Notes under the pieces: model-generated
What the model was told of the DNA's origin: nothing
Databases searched by the model: none
The model's input: the letters and a program-made list of their open reading frames with translations, nothing else
DNA from: Terriglobia bacterium
GTDB lineage: Bacteria; Acidobacteriota; Terriglobia; Terriglobales; Acidobacteriaceae
DNA length: 64,000 nucleotides
Direction: 5' to 3'
Assembly: GCA_020073385.1 (NCBI GenBank)
Contig: JAIQFH010000031.1
Location: 10,233-74,232, forward strand
Translations under genes and position numbers: made by a program
In this document: positions 45,879-55,771 of the stretch, piece after piece
Layout: each line of letters opens with the position of its first letter
Position numbering within the stretch: the stretch's first letter is position 1

Positions 45879-47939
45879 CTATATGGCTGAGGGCCGCAGC
45901 TTCAGCCCGCGAAGCAACTGAGCGTTCGCGGCGACGATGATGGTGGAGAGACTCATTGCGACGGCGCCAACGCTCATGGGAAGATCGAGCCCCCAGCGGA
46001 CGAAAAGGCCCGCTGCGACCGGGATGGCGACAAGATTATAGGCGGTGGCCCAGACCAAATTTTGGATCATCTTGCGGTAGGTAGCACGAGAGAGCTCGAT
46101 CGCGCCTACAACGTCTCGCGGATCGCTCCGCACGAGTACGATTCCGGCCGATTCGATCGCCACATCGGTTCCCGCGCCAATCGCGATTCCAATATCCGCG
46201 GTTGCCAGCGCTGGTGCGTCGTTCACGCCGTCACCAACCATTGCGACTCTCTTGCCGTCCGCCTGAAAGCGCTTGACGGCCGATGCTTTGTCAGCGGGAA
46301 GAACCTCGGCTGCGACATCGTCTATACCGATACGCTTCGCGACCGAATCGGCCACCGTCTTGGAGTCTCCAGTGATCATCGCGACCCGAATACCAAGGCG
46401 ATGAAGTTCCTTGACGGCCTCGTTGGATTCGGGCCGAATCTCATCCTCGACGGCGAACGCGCCGAGCAGTTTCCCCTCGGTGACGACATAGAGAACCGTC
46501 CTTCCTTCGGACGCCCAGGCAGTCGTCGACTTTTCAACTTCTGGTGGCACCGTCACCTTGCCCTCACTCAGCAGCCGCGGTCCCCCAATAATGACGCTCT
46601 TGCCGTTTACGTGCGCCCGTGCCCCTCGACCGGGTAGCGCTTCGAAATCGACGGCTTGCAGCGTTGGCAGATTCCGGCGCCTGGCTTCCGCCACGATTGC
46701 TTTTGCGAGAGGGTGTTCGGAGGTGGCTTCGACGGCAGCAGCATCGGCAAACAAGTCACTCTCGCTGCTGCCCGGCGCGGCCGCGACTCCCGTCAATGCG
46801 GGCGTTCCGCGCGTGAGCGTCCCGGTCTTGTCAAAAATCACCGTGTCCAAATTGCGGGCACGTTCGAGTGCGAGCCTGTCCTTCACGAGAAGACCGTTCT
46901 GGGCTCCGAGTGAAGTGGAGATTGCAATCACGAGTGGAATCGCCAGTCCCAAGGCATGCGGGCACGCGATGATGAGGACTGTTGCCGTCCTGATCAGGGC
47001 ATGTTCTTTGTCTCCGGAGAGCCACCAGTAGGCGGAAGTAATTGCGCCGGAGGCGACGGCAACGTAGAAAAGGATTGCGGCGGCACGGTCGGCGAGAGCT
47101 TGCGTGCGAGACCCAGACGCCTGTGCAGCCGCTACTAGCCGCATGATGCCGGAAAGCGCCGTCTGCTCCCCGACTGCCGTGATGCGAACTCGAAGACTCC
47201 CGCCACTGGCAACCGTCCCCGCAATGACCTTGCCACCTGCCCCTTTCGCAACTGTCCGGGACTCGCCGGTGATCATCGACTCGTCAACATCGGCAGCCCC
47301 TTCGACGACCATGCCATCCGCCGGGACGCGGGTTCCGGGCCGAACAAGGACAATGTCCCCCATTTTCAACTCAGAAATTGGAACGGTCTGAGTCTCGGTT
47401 CCGCTTAGACGCTCAGCTGTGTCGGGGAGCAGCGCGGCGAGGGCATTGAGCGCGCCACGAGCTTGGGAAATGGCCTTCATTTCCAACCAGTGGCCCAGGA
47501 CCATGATCGTGATCAGCGATGCGAGTTCCCACCAGACTTCAATCTCAAAGAGACCGAAGGTTGCAGCGAGCGATGTCCCGAAGGCGACTATGATCGCCAG
47601 GCTGATGAGGGTCATCATGCCCGGCTTGCGGTCAGCAAGTTCGCGCCACGCCCCGCGGATGAAGACTAGCCCGCCATAAACAAAGACCACCGTTCCAAGG
47701 ATTGCGGGGATAAATTTCGAACCGGGGAAAGAAGGCGCTGTGTACCGAAGCCAATGTTGGACATCCGTCGACCAGAAGATCACGGGAATCGTGAGAGCGA
47801 AGCTCAACCAGAACTTGTCCCGAAACATAGCGACGGAGTGTCCAGCGTGACGGTCGTGGGTTCCATGGGTCTTTGACATTTTGTGGCCGGCATGTGGGTC
47901 CGCCTCATGTGCGTGGGCCGCATGTGTCATTTGGTCCAT
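45879..47939 (-). CDS. Heavy-metal P-type ATPase, CopB-like (P1B-3: His-rich N-terminus, CPH motif)
   Basis: 'MDQMTHAAHAHEADPHAGHKMSKTHGTHDRHAGH', 'IIACPHALGLAIP', 'FDKTGTLT', 'TGD', 'VGDGVNDAPALA'. Confidence 0.9.
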   Translation of the reverse strand: MDQMTHAAHAHEADPHAGHKMSKTHGTHDRHAGHSVAMFRDKFWLSFALTIPVIFWSTDVQHWLRYTAPSFPGSKFIPAILGTVVFVYGGLVFIRGAWRELADRKPGMMTLISLAIIVAFGTSLAATFGLFEIEVWWELASLITIMVLGHWLEMKAISQARGALNALAALLPDTAERLSGTETQTVPISELKMGDIVLVRPGTRVPADGMVVEGAADVDESMITGESRTVAKGAGGKVIAGTVASGGSLRVRITAVGEQTALSGIMRLVAAAQASGSRTQALADRAAAILFYVAVASGAITSAYWWLSGDKEHALIRTATVLIIACPHALGLAIPLVIAISTSLGAQNGLLVKDRLALERARNLDTVIFDKTGTLTRGTPALTGVAAAPGSSESDLFADAAAVEATSEHPLAKAIVAEARRRNLPTLQAVDFEALPGRGARAHVNGKSVIIGGPRLLSEGKVTVPPEVEKSTTAWASEGRTVLYVVTEGKLLGAFAVEDEIRPESNEAVKELHRLGIRVAMITGDSKTVADSVAKRIGIDDVAAEVLPADKASAVKRFQADGKRVAMVGDGVNDAPALATADIGIAIGAGTDVAIESAGIVLVRSDPRDVVGAIELSRATYRKMIQNLVWATAYNLVAIPVAAGLFVRWGLDLPMSVGAVAMSLSTIIVAANAQLLRGLKLRPSAI

Positions 47940-48097
47940 TTGAACTCCCTAGCCGGAACGATACGCCGCCAGGTTGCGTCGCAAGTATTCGTCAAACGTT
48001 GAGGATACAACCGATTGGTCGAGCCAGAGTGAGCACTCTCGCTCAGACGATCGGCACGTCGATTGCTAGCCTCAATACGAACCTAAGGAAGGTCATA

Positions 48098-48298
48098 ATG
48101 AATAGCACAACGGTTGTGAAAGATCCTGTCTGCGGCATGGACGTAGAAGCGGCTACCGCCGCAGGGAGAACCGAGCATAAAGGTCACACTTATTACTTCT
48201 GCGGTTCGATGTGTAAAGAGAAGTTCGACCTTAGTCCGGAACAATACCTGGGCAAGTCTGTGGGGACGGCGAAGAGCGACCATGGTTGCTGCAGCTAG
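48098..48298 (+). CDS. YHS (TRASH-type) metal-binding domain protein
   Basis: ATG at 48098 preceded by AAGGAAGG. 'VKDPVCGMDVEAATAAGRTEHKGHTYYFCGSMCKEKF'. Confidence 0.8.
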   Translation: MNSTTVVKDPVCGMDVEAATAAGRTEHKGHTYYFCGSMCKEKFDLSPEQYLGKSVGTAKSDHGCCS

Positions 48299-48676
48299 GT
48301 CCTAAGATGAACTGAGGCTTTGCGCGAAGCACAGATGCGTCTGACGAAGCTGCCAAAGTATAGAACGGCTGAGCCGAATGAAAGGGTCTCTGTGATGAAC
48401 CATGCATACGGATAGATGGGCGGATGTGGATTTGGACGCTGATCGGCGCACTCGTGGTGGTTTTACTGGTCGTCGCGATCAACAAGGTGTCCGCGAAATA
48501 GAGTGCGTTAAGAACCTGTCTGTGAAGTGACCTAAACTTGCGTCGGTCACACTTTCCGCTGGCAAAACGATTGAGCCCGACAGCCACTGTCTTGCAGGTT
48601 CGTAGTCGCGATTACAAGAGCCTGTGATCTCGGTCACAGCCCACGCGGGCTCGGCCCCATAATATACTTTAAGAAC

Positions 48677-49063
48677 ATGACGTGGCGGTTCAAACTCGTC
48701 GCTACCGCGTTAGCGGTCACCCTGTTGGCGATGCCAATGTCGGCGCTGACCTCGTGCTGGTGGCACATGTCGGCGGCCGAAAAGTGCAAGCCCCATTGCC
48801 CGATGATGAGCGGGCACGAACCTTCCGTCACGATTCAAGAAACACCCGGAAATACCTCTTGCTGCCAAGTGTCTGCTGCCAAGCCGACACCGGCTTCGAT
48901 ACCACAGGCTCCGACTGGTAGCGGCACTGTGGGCGTTACTCCATCACTCACTGTGTCGACGCTCGATGCTCCGGTTGCCCCGATCCAGACTTCACCGCCC
49001 GATCCTCTCGCCCGCGCATCGTGTCCCTCCCTGCAGTCCGTTTTCTGCACTTTCCTGATCTAG
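48677..49063 (+). CDS. Secreted Cys/Met/His-rich hypothetical protein (putative periplasmic metal-binding)
   Basis: Signal 'MTWRFKLVATALAVTLLAMPMSA', then 'CWWHMSAAEKCKPHCPMMSGH...TSCCQ'. Confidence 0.45.
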   Translation: MTWRFKLVATALAVTLLAMPMSALTSCWWHMSAAEKCKPHCPMMSGHEPSVTIQETPGNTSCCQVSAAKPTPASIPQAPTGSGTVGVTPSLTVSTLDAPVAPIQTSPPDPLARASCPSLQSVFCTFLI

Positions 49064-49155
49064 CATTGTCCCTTTTTGCTCATCCCTCTTAGGCCTAGTT
49101 GCCTAAGGTTTAAACACGCATTTTCAGCGTCGTCTGAGCAATAGAGAACACCCTT

Positions 49156-50511
49156 ATGATCAGGATAATAGTTGCTCTGCTTACGTTCGGTTGTTTATGG
49201 CCGGGCCTCGGTATCGCCCAACAGGTCGAGTCAACGTTAACGGTCCAGAAGCCTGCGACCGACACCGCTACCCAACCCGCGGGACGGTCGCCGGTTGCCC
49301 TCGAAGACCTGGTTCGCGAGGCTCTGCAGAAAAATCCGGCGGTTCAGAGCGCCTTGCATAGTGTGGAAGCACAGCGGCGACGCGTACCGCAAGCCAAGAC
49401 ACTACCCGACCCCACGGTTGGGATCGGCTGGGCTGGAAACATCACGCCTTTCAGCGTGCAATCGGGCGACCCTTCGAGCTACCGCGCCGTGGCTGCCAGC
49501 CAACAACTCCTTTATCCCGGCAAGTTGAAGCTACGCGGCGAAATTGCTTCGAAGGAAGCGGATGCTGCGTCGTCAGACCTTGAGGCGGTTCGCCGGCGCG
49601 TAACCACCGATGTAAAGACGGCCTACTTCGAATACTGGTTCTACGACAAGGCTATTCAGACCACGCTGAAAGACAAGGATCTGCTCTCTAAGCTCTCCCA
49701 GATCGCCGAAGCCCGCTATCGAGTTGGAAAAGGCGTTCAGCAGGACGTGCTCAGATCACAGGTGGAGATTTCATTACTGCTGCAACGGCTCACGGTTCTG
49801 CAACAGCAGAGAAATACTTCGCAGGCACGTCTGAACACTCTGTTGGCGCGCAGTCCTGAAGCGCCACTCCCACCTGCCGAGAATATTGAACGATCCCCGC
49901 TGAACTACTCGCTGGACGATCTCTACAGACTAGCGCGGCAGAATGATCCCGGCCTTCACCGCGAGGAGCAGATGATTGAACGCAACCAACTTGCCGTAAA
50001 CCTCGCGCAGAAGGATTACTACCCGGACCTGAGCGTCGGATACATGTATCAGCAGCGGCCCATGATGCCCGACATGCATGGTATGACGTTCACCGTGAAC
50101 ATCCCGGTCTTCTACAAGAGCAAACAACGCGAGGAAGTGAGACAGGCCACAGAGGAGCGGCTGTCAGCCGAGACCAGCCGCGACAATCGCAACAACGAAC
50201 TGAATTTTGAACTCAAGCAGCAATACCTGGCGGCCAAGGCTTCGGATGAACTTCTGCGGTTGTTCTCTGAGGGTGTGGTGCCACAGTCATCGTTGGCACT
50301 GGAGTCCTCGATGTCTGCTTATCAGGTTGGCACCGTGGATTTCCTCAGCGTCATAGGAAATTTCTCGACAGTCTTGAATTACGAAATCGACTACTACCGC
50401 GAGTTAGCGAATTACCAGACTGCGCTGGCCCGCATGGAGAGCATGGTGGGCGTGGACCTGACTTCGACGGCCGCGCAACCGGGCAACCAACACCCGGCGG
50501 GAAGGGAGTAA
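49156..50511 (+). CDS. TolC-family outer membrane efflux protein (CusC-like)
   Basis: Signal peptide and two OEP repeats ('LSLEDL...', 'YYPDLSVGYMYQ', 'VDFLSVIGNFSTVLNYEIDYYRELANYQTALARME'). Confidence 0.8.
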   Translation: MIRIIVALLTFGCLWPGLGIAQQVESTLTVQKPATDTATQPAGRSPVALEDLVREALQKNPAVQSALHSVEAQRRRVPQAKTLPDPTVGIGWAGNITPFSVQSGDPSSYRAVAASQQLLYPGKLKLRGEIASKEADAASSDLEAVRRRVTTDVKTAYFEYWFYDKAIQTTLKDKDLLSKLSQIAEARYRVGKGVQQDVLRSQVEISLLLQRLTVLQQQRNTSQARLNTLLARSPEAPLPPAENIERSPLNYSLDDLYRLARQNDPGLHREEQMIERNQLAVNLAQKDYYPDLSVGYMYQQRPMMPDMHGMTFTVNIPVFYKSKQREEVRQATEERLSAETSRDNRNNELNFELKQQYLAAKASDELLRLFSEGVVPQSSLALESSMSAYQVGTVDFLSVIGNFSTVLNYEIDYYRELANYQTALARMESMVGVDLTSTAAQPGNQHPAGRE

Positions 50512-50514
50512 ACA

Positions 50515-51948
50515 ATGTTTTACAAAGCCTTAAGAATTTCGGCGCTTGTCGCAGCAATCGCGCTAGCGGTAGGAGTGACCTTCGGCGGAAAAGTTTCGGC
50601 GCTCTTCCAAGGCCAACAAGCCACCTCGCAAACGGCCGCGAAAGGAGGCGAACGCAAGGTTCTGTATTGGTATGACGCGATGAGCCCGCAGCATCATTAC
50701 GACAAACCCGGAAAAGCGCCCGACGGCATGGACCTGGTGCCGCAATACGCGGAGGACAACGCTTCTCAGAGTCCCGCTGCAACCAGCACCTCGGAGCCGG
50801 GCGGCGCACGGAAGATCCTTTTCTGGTATGACCCGATGCATCCGGCGTACAAGTCTGACAAGCCAGGAATCGCGCCGGATTGTGGCATGCAACTGGTCCC
50901 CAAGTACGCCGACGATGAGACGGCAACATTGAAGATGCCGGCCGGCACCGTCAAGATCGCACCGGAGAAGCAGCAACTCATTGGCATAAGGAGCGCCACC
51001 GTCGAGCGGCAGTCTCTGGCGCGCACCGTGCGAACCACTGGTCAGCTCACCAGCGATGAGACGAAACTCGCGCATATCCACGTGAAGGTCAACGGGTACA
51101 TCGACAAGAGTTACGTCGATTTCGTGGGGCAACTCGTCAAGAAAGGCCAACCACTCTTCACGCTCTATAGCCCAGACCTTGTGGCCACCGAGGAGGAGTA
51201 TCTGATCGCAAAGCGCGGCGCGAAAGAGATGGGCTCCTCGCAATTCCCAGACGTGGCACAGGGATCGCAGTCGCTGCTGCATTCAACTCGTGAAAGACTC
51301 CAACTCTGGGACATCAGTGACGAGCAGATCAAGAAACTCGACGAGACCGGTGAGGTCACGAAGACTTTGACCTTCTACTCACCCGTCAGTGGCTTCGTGA
51401 CCGACCGTAAGGCCTTTCCACAAACCGCCGTTACCCCAGACATGGACCTGTATGTGATCAGCGACCTGTCCACAATCTGGGTAAATGCAGACGTGTACGA
51501 GTATGAGGTGCCGTTTGTGAAGGTGGGCCAAACGGCAGACATGCAACTCAGCTACTACGCCGGGAGGACCTACACCGGGAAAATCACCTACATTTATCCG
51601 ACTGTCGATCCCGTCTCCCACACGGTAAAAGCCCGCATCGAGTTTCCGAACCCTAATTTCGACTTGAAACCGCAGATGTTGGCAAACGTGCAGTTGAAGA
51701 TCAACTACGGCAAGCAGATTGTGGTACCCCAGGAAGCGATTATGGACTCCGGGGACAAACAGTACCTATTTGTCGTCCATGACGGCGGCGTGTTCGAGCC
51801 GCGTGTGATTCAGATGGGAGCGAAGCTCGAAGGCAATGTGGTGGTTCTGTCTGGCCTGAATGCGGGGGAGACCATCGTGACTTCCGGGAATTTTCTAATT
51901 GATTCCGAGAGTCGTCTAAAGAGCGCAATGGCCGGGATGCAGCACTAA
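50515..51948 (+). CDS. RND efflux periplasmic adaptor (CusB-like) with two N-terminal heavy-metal-binding repeats
   Basis: 'VLYWYDAMSPQHHYDKPGKAPDGMDLVP' and 'ILFWYDPMHPAYKSDKPGIAPDCGMQLVP' (nt 50659-50904), followed by an HlyD/MFP barrel-sandwich. Confidence 0.85.
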   Translation: MFYKALRISALVAAIALAVGVTFGGKVSALFQGQQATSQTAAKGGERKVLYWYDAMSPQHHYDKPGKAPDGMDLVPQYAEDNASQSPAATSTSEPGGARKILFWYDPMHPAYKSDKPGIAPDCGMQLVPKYADDETATLKMPAGTVKIAPEKQQLIGIRSATVERQSLARTVRTTGQLTSDETKLAHIHVKVNGYIDKSYVDFVGQLVKKGQPLFTLYSPDLVATEEEYLIAKRGAKEMGSSQFPDVAQGSQSLLHSTRERLQLWDISDEQIKKLDETGEVTKTLTFYSPVSGFVTDRKAFPQTAVTPDMDLYVISDLSTIWVNADVYEYEVPFVKVGQTADMQLSYYAGRTYTGKITYIYPTVDPVSHTVKARIEFPNPNFDLKPQMLANVQLKINYGKQIVVPQEAIMDSGDKQYLFVVHDGGVFEPRVIQMGAKLEGNVVVLSGLNAGETIVTSGNFLIDSESRLKSAMAGMQH

Positions 51949-51959
51949 GGAGACTCGTT

Positions 51960-52454
51960 ATGGCAAAGAAAGCATCGATTTATTCGGCCGTCGTCCTGAT
52001 CGTAGTTGCGGGCTTGTTCGCTGGCGGCTACTTGCTGATGGACCGCCGCTCCCAGACCGAATGCGGATTCTGCCAGCGTCACATCAATCCGAAAGCCCAT
52101 GTTGTAGCTGAAGTCGGTGGAAAGCGGCGCAATGTCTGCTGTGCGCATTGTGCGGTAACGGAGGCACGACAGGAGAAGAAGCCGCTGCGGCTGATCGAAG
52201 TGACGGACTATCCCACGGGGAAAATGGTGAGCCCAGAAGGAGCATGGTTTGTCGAGGATAGCCGGGTGATCGCCTGCGAACACGACATGTCCAAGATGGA
52301 TGAATCCAAGCACGCGGAACAGTTGGCCTTCGATCGCTGCTCCCCCGGCACATTCGCGTTCAGCGACCGGAAAGCAGCAGAGACGTTCGTGGCCCAGAAC
52401 GGTGGCGTTTTGCGGAGCCTACCTGAAGTGCTGGCGGAGGCCCAGTCGCGATGA
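51960..52454 (+). CDS. Membrane-anchored Cys-rich protein with NosL-like layout (putative copper chaperone)
   Basis: TM helix 'IYSAVVLIVVAGLFAGGYLL', 'ECGFCQRHI...VCCAHCA...VTDYPTG...FAFSDRKAAETFVAQNGGVLRSLPEV'. ATGA overlap with the downstream RND pump. Confidence 0.5.
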   Translation: MAKKASIYSAVVLIVVAGLFAGGYLLMDRRSQTECGFCQRHINPKAHVVAEVGGKRRNVCCAHCAVTEARQEKKPLRLIEVTDYPTGKMVSPEGAWFVEDSRVIACEHDMSKMDESKHAEQLAFDRCSPGTFAFSDRKAAETFVAQNGGVLRSLPEVLAEAQSR

Positions 52455-55400
52455 TTAACCGAATAATCGATATCTGTGCGAAGAACAAATTCCTCGTTCT
52501 GCTCTTCATCGGCGTGGGCGTCCTCGTTGGCTGGCATTCGATGAAGAACACGAAGCTGGATGCGATTCCCGACCTGTCTGACACGCAGGTCATCGTTTAT
52601 TCCAAGTGGGACCGCAGCCCGGACATCATGGAAGATCAGGTCACGTACCCGATCACCTCGGCGTTACTTGGCTTGCCGAAGGTGAAAGACATCCGTGGCT
52701 TTTCGGACTTCGGGTATTCGTACGTCTACATCATCTTTGAAGAAGGCACCGACATTTACTGGGCACGCTCGCGAACGCTTGAGTATCTCAATTCTGTGGT
52801 CCCACGCTTGCCGAAAGGTGTGGAGGTTGAGTTAGCGAAGGATGCCACCGCTGTCGGCTGGGTATATCAATACGCTTTGGTCGATACCACCGGGCAATAC
52901 AGCATTGAGAAGATACGGAGCTATCAGGATTGGTATCTGCGTTATGCGCTTCAATCCGTGCCTGGCGTCGCCGAAGTGGCGCCCTTGGGCGGCTTCGTTC
53001 GGCAGTACCAAGTCAATATCGATCCCAACAAGCTGCTTGGCTACAAGATCCCGATCAACATGGTCGTGGACGCCATTGGGAAGAGCAACAACGATGTCGG
53101 CGCCCGGTTGGTCGAGATGGCCGGTCGCGAGTACATGGTGCGGGGACGCGGCTACATCAAATCGCTCGATGACATTGCCAACATTGTCGTCTTGTCAAAC
53201 CCGCAGACCGGCACGCCTGTGCTGGTGAAGGACCTTGCCACCGTTACCTTCGGGCCCGATATGCGGCGCGGCGTCGGTGAATTGGATGGCCAAGGGGAGG
53301 CGGTCGGCGGTGTCGTCATCATGCGGTTTGGAGAAGACGCGCAGAAGGTGATTGAGCGCGTGAAGCAAAGGATCGCAGATATTGCGCCCACACTGCCGAA
53401 GGGGATGAAGATCGTCACCACCTATGACCGTTCGGACCTGATCGACCGCTCAGTCGATAACTTGAAGCACACTCTGATTGAAGAGCTGGTCATCGTCAGC
53501 CTGGTGATCATGATCTTTCTGTGGCATTTCCCCAGTGCCATCATTCCCATCATTACGATTCCTATCACAGTGATCCTGGCGTTCATTCCCATTCAGATGA
53601 GCGGCATGTCCGCCAATATCATGTCGCTCGGAGGAATCGCTATCGCCATCGGAGCGATGATTGATGCGGCGGTCGTCGTTGTCGAGCAGACACACAAGAA
53701 GCTTGAGCACTGGAATGCGGAAGGGCGGCCTGGCGACTATCACCAAGTCGTGATCTCGGCCGTGAAGGAAGTCGGGGGAGCTAGCTTCTTCGCGCTGCTC
53801 GTGATCGCCGTCGCATTCCTCCCGGTGTTCACGCTCGAAGCGCAGGAAGGCCGCCTGTTCAAGCCACTGGCATTTACCAAGACCTTCGCCATGGCGATCG
53901 CGGGAGTTCTGGCCATTACGCTCGATCCTGCGATGCGGTTGTTGTTCACTCGCATGGATAAGTTCAAGTTCCGTCCGCGATGGCTGGCAGCAGGTGTAAA
54001 CAGCGTGCTCGTTGGCACGATCCACAGCGAAGACAACCACCCCATCAGCCGTCCGCTGATGAAGCTCTACCACCCCGTGGTTGAGTTCGTGCTCGAACAC
54101 AAGTGGAAAACGATTGCCGCAGCCGTTATTGCCATGGTGCTGACCGTTCCGGTGTTCTTTCGGCTCGGCTCGGAGTTCATGCCGCCGCTTGATGAGGGCA
54201 CTCTACTGTATATGCCTACGACCTTGCCCGGCATGTCGGTAACCGAAGCCTCACGGCTGTTGCAGGTGCAAGACAAGATCATCAAGAGCTTCCCTGAGGT
54301 CTACCGCGTGTTCGGCAAGGCAGGGCGTGTGGAAAGTGCCACCGATCCCGCACCCTACTCCATGATGGAGACAGTTATTACACTGAAGCCCCAATCCGAC
54401 TGGCCGAAGAAGGAGCGCTGGTATTCGAAGTGGGCTCCCAACTGGTTAGGCAGCACGCTCGGTCGATTCTGGCCGGAGCACGGCACCACTCAGGAACTGA
54501 TCTATGGCCCCGGAGGTCTAAACGAAGCGCTGACGATGCCGGGCATCGCGAATGCCTGGACTATGCCGATCAAAGCGCGTATCGACATGCTAACGACCGG
54601 CGTTCGCACGCCGCTTGGCATCAAGGTCCTCGGTTCCGATCTAAGCGAGATCGAGAAAGTCGGCGGACAAATCGAGATGGCATTGAAGGACATCCCCGGT
54701 ACAACCAGTGTGTTTGCTGAACGGACGACCGGCGGCTACTTCCTCGATTTCGATCTGAAACGAGATCAGCTCGCTCGCTACGGACTGACCGTGGACGATG
54801 CCAATGACGTTCTGATGTCGGCCGTGGGCGGTGAACCGATAACCACCACGATTGAGGGTCGGGAACGGTACTCGGTCAATGTTCGATACTTGCGCGATTA
54901 TCGTAGTGACATCGGCGCACTGCAGCGAGTGCTGGTCAACACGCCTTCGGGTGCGCAGATCCCGTTGGGGCAGATTGCCGACATCTCGTTGAAGACCGGT
55001 CCCGGCATGATCCGCGATGAAAACGGTCGTCTCAGTGGATATGTCTATGTTGATGTCTCGGGACGAGATATCGGCAGCTACGTTACCGATGCGAAAAAAG
55101 TCGTGGCAGAGAAGGTGAGCGTCCCCGCAGGCTATCAACTTGTCTGGAGCGGCCAGTACGAATCGATGGAGCGTGTAAAAGAGCGCCTGAAAATCGTTGT
55201 GCCGATCACGCTTTTCATCGTGTTCCTGTTGCTGTACCTCAATACCAAGTCCACGGTGAAGACGTTCATCATCCTGCTCGCTGTGCCGTTCTCAGCGATC
55301 GGCGCAATCTGGTTCCTCTACCTCTTGAACTACAACATGAGTATTGCGGTATGGGTCGGTCTCATCGCGCTGCTCGGAGTGGATGCCGAGACCGCTGTGT

Positions 55401-55771
55401 TCATGTTGCTGTACCTGGATCTTGCCTACCACGACGCCATCAGCAAGGGCCGAATGACCACGTGGGATGATCTGCGGGAGGCCATTGTGGTAGGAGCCGT
55501 GAAACGTCTCCGGCCGAAGGTGATGACGGTTGCCTGCATGCTGTTTGGACTGCTTCCAATTATGTGGTCGGTGGGGTCTGGCGGAGATGTGATGAAGCGC
55601 ATCGCCGCCCCCATGATCGGTGGGATCATCACATCGTTCCTGATGGAACTCATTATTTATCCGCCAGTCTTCGCAATTTGGAAATGGAACTTCGAGGTAA
55701 AGCCGAAGCTCAAACAGCGGGGACCCAAGGAACTTGAGCCGAGGGGCGTTGGGGAGCCGGTACATGCATAG
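52451..55771 (+). CDS. CusA/CzcA family heavy-metal efflux RND transporter
   Basis: 1106 aa, 12-TM RND architecture. N-terminus 'MINRIIDICAKNKFLVLLFIGVGVLVGWHSM...IPDLSDTQVIVY'. Confidence 0.9.
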   Translation: MINRIIDICAKNKFLVLLFIGVGVLVGWHSMKNTKLDAIPDLSDTQVIVYSKWDRSPDIMEDQVTYPITSALLGLPKVKDIRGFSDFGYSYVYIIFEEGTDIYWARSRTLEYLNSVVPRLPKGVEVELAKDATAVGWVYQYALVDTTGQYSIEKIRSYQDWYLRYALQSVPGVAEVAPLGGFVRQYQVNIDPNKLLGYKIPINMVVDAIGKSNNDVGARLVEMAGREYMVRGRGYIKSLDDIANIVVLSNPQTGTPVLVKDLATVTFGPDMRRGVGELDGQGEAVGGVVIMRFGEDAQKVIERVKQRIADIAPTLPKGMKIVTTYDRSDLIDRSVDNLKHTLIEELVIVSLVIMIFLWHFPSAIIPIITIPITVILAFIPIQMSGMSANIMSLGGIAIAIGAMIDAAVVVVEQTHKKLEHWNAEGRPGDYHQVVISAVKEVGGASFFALLVIAVAFLPVFTLEAQEGRLFKPLAFTKTFAMAIAGVLAITLDPAMRLLFTRMDKFKFRPRWLAAGVNSVLVGTIHSEDNHPISRPLMKLYHPVVEFVLEHKWKTIAAAVIAMVLTVPVFFRLGSEFMPPLDEGTLLYMPTTLPGMSVTEASRLLQVQDKIIKSFPEVYRVFGKAGRVESATDPAPYSMMETVITLKPQSDWPKKERWYSKWAPNWLGSTLGRFWPEHGTTQELIYGPGGLNEALTMPGIANAWTMPIKARIDMLTTGVRTPLGIKVLGSDLSEIEKVGGQIEMALKDIPGTTSVFAERTTGGYFLDFDLKRDQLARYGLTVDDANDVLMSAVGGEPITTTIEGRERYSVNVRYLRDYRSDIGALQRVLVNTPSGAQIPLGQIADISLKTGPGMIRDENGRLSGYVYVDVSGRDIGSYVTDAKKVVAEKVSVPAGYQLVWSGQYESMERVKERLKIVVPITLFIVFLLLYLNTKSTVKTFIILLAVPFSAIGAIWFLYLLNYNMSIAVWVGLIALLGVDAETAVFMLLYLDLAYHDAISKGRMTTWDDLREAIVVGAVKRLRPKVMTVACMLFGLLPIMWSVGSGGDVMKRIAAPMIGGIITSFLMELIIYPPVFAIWKWNFEVKPKLKQRGPKELEPRGVGEPVHA

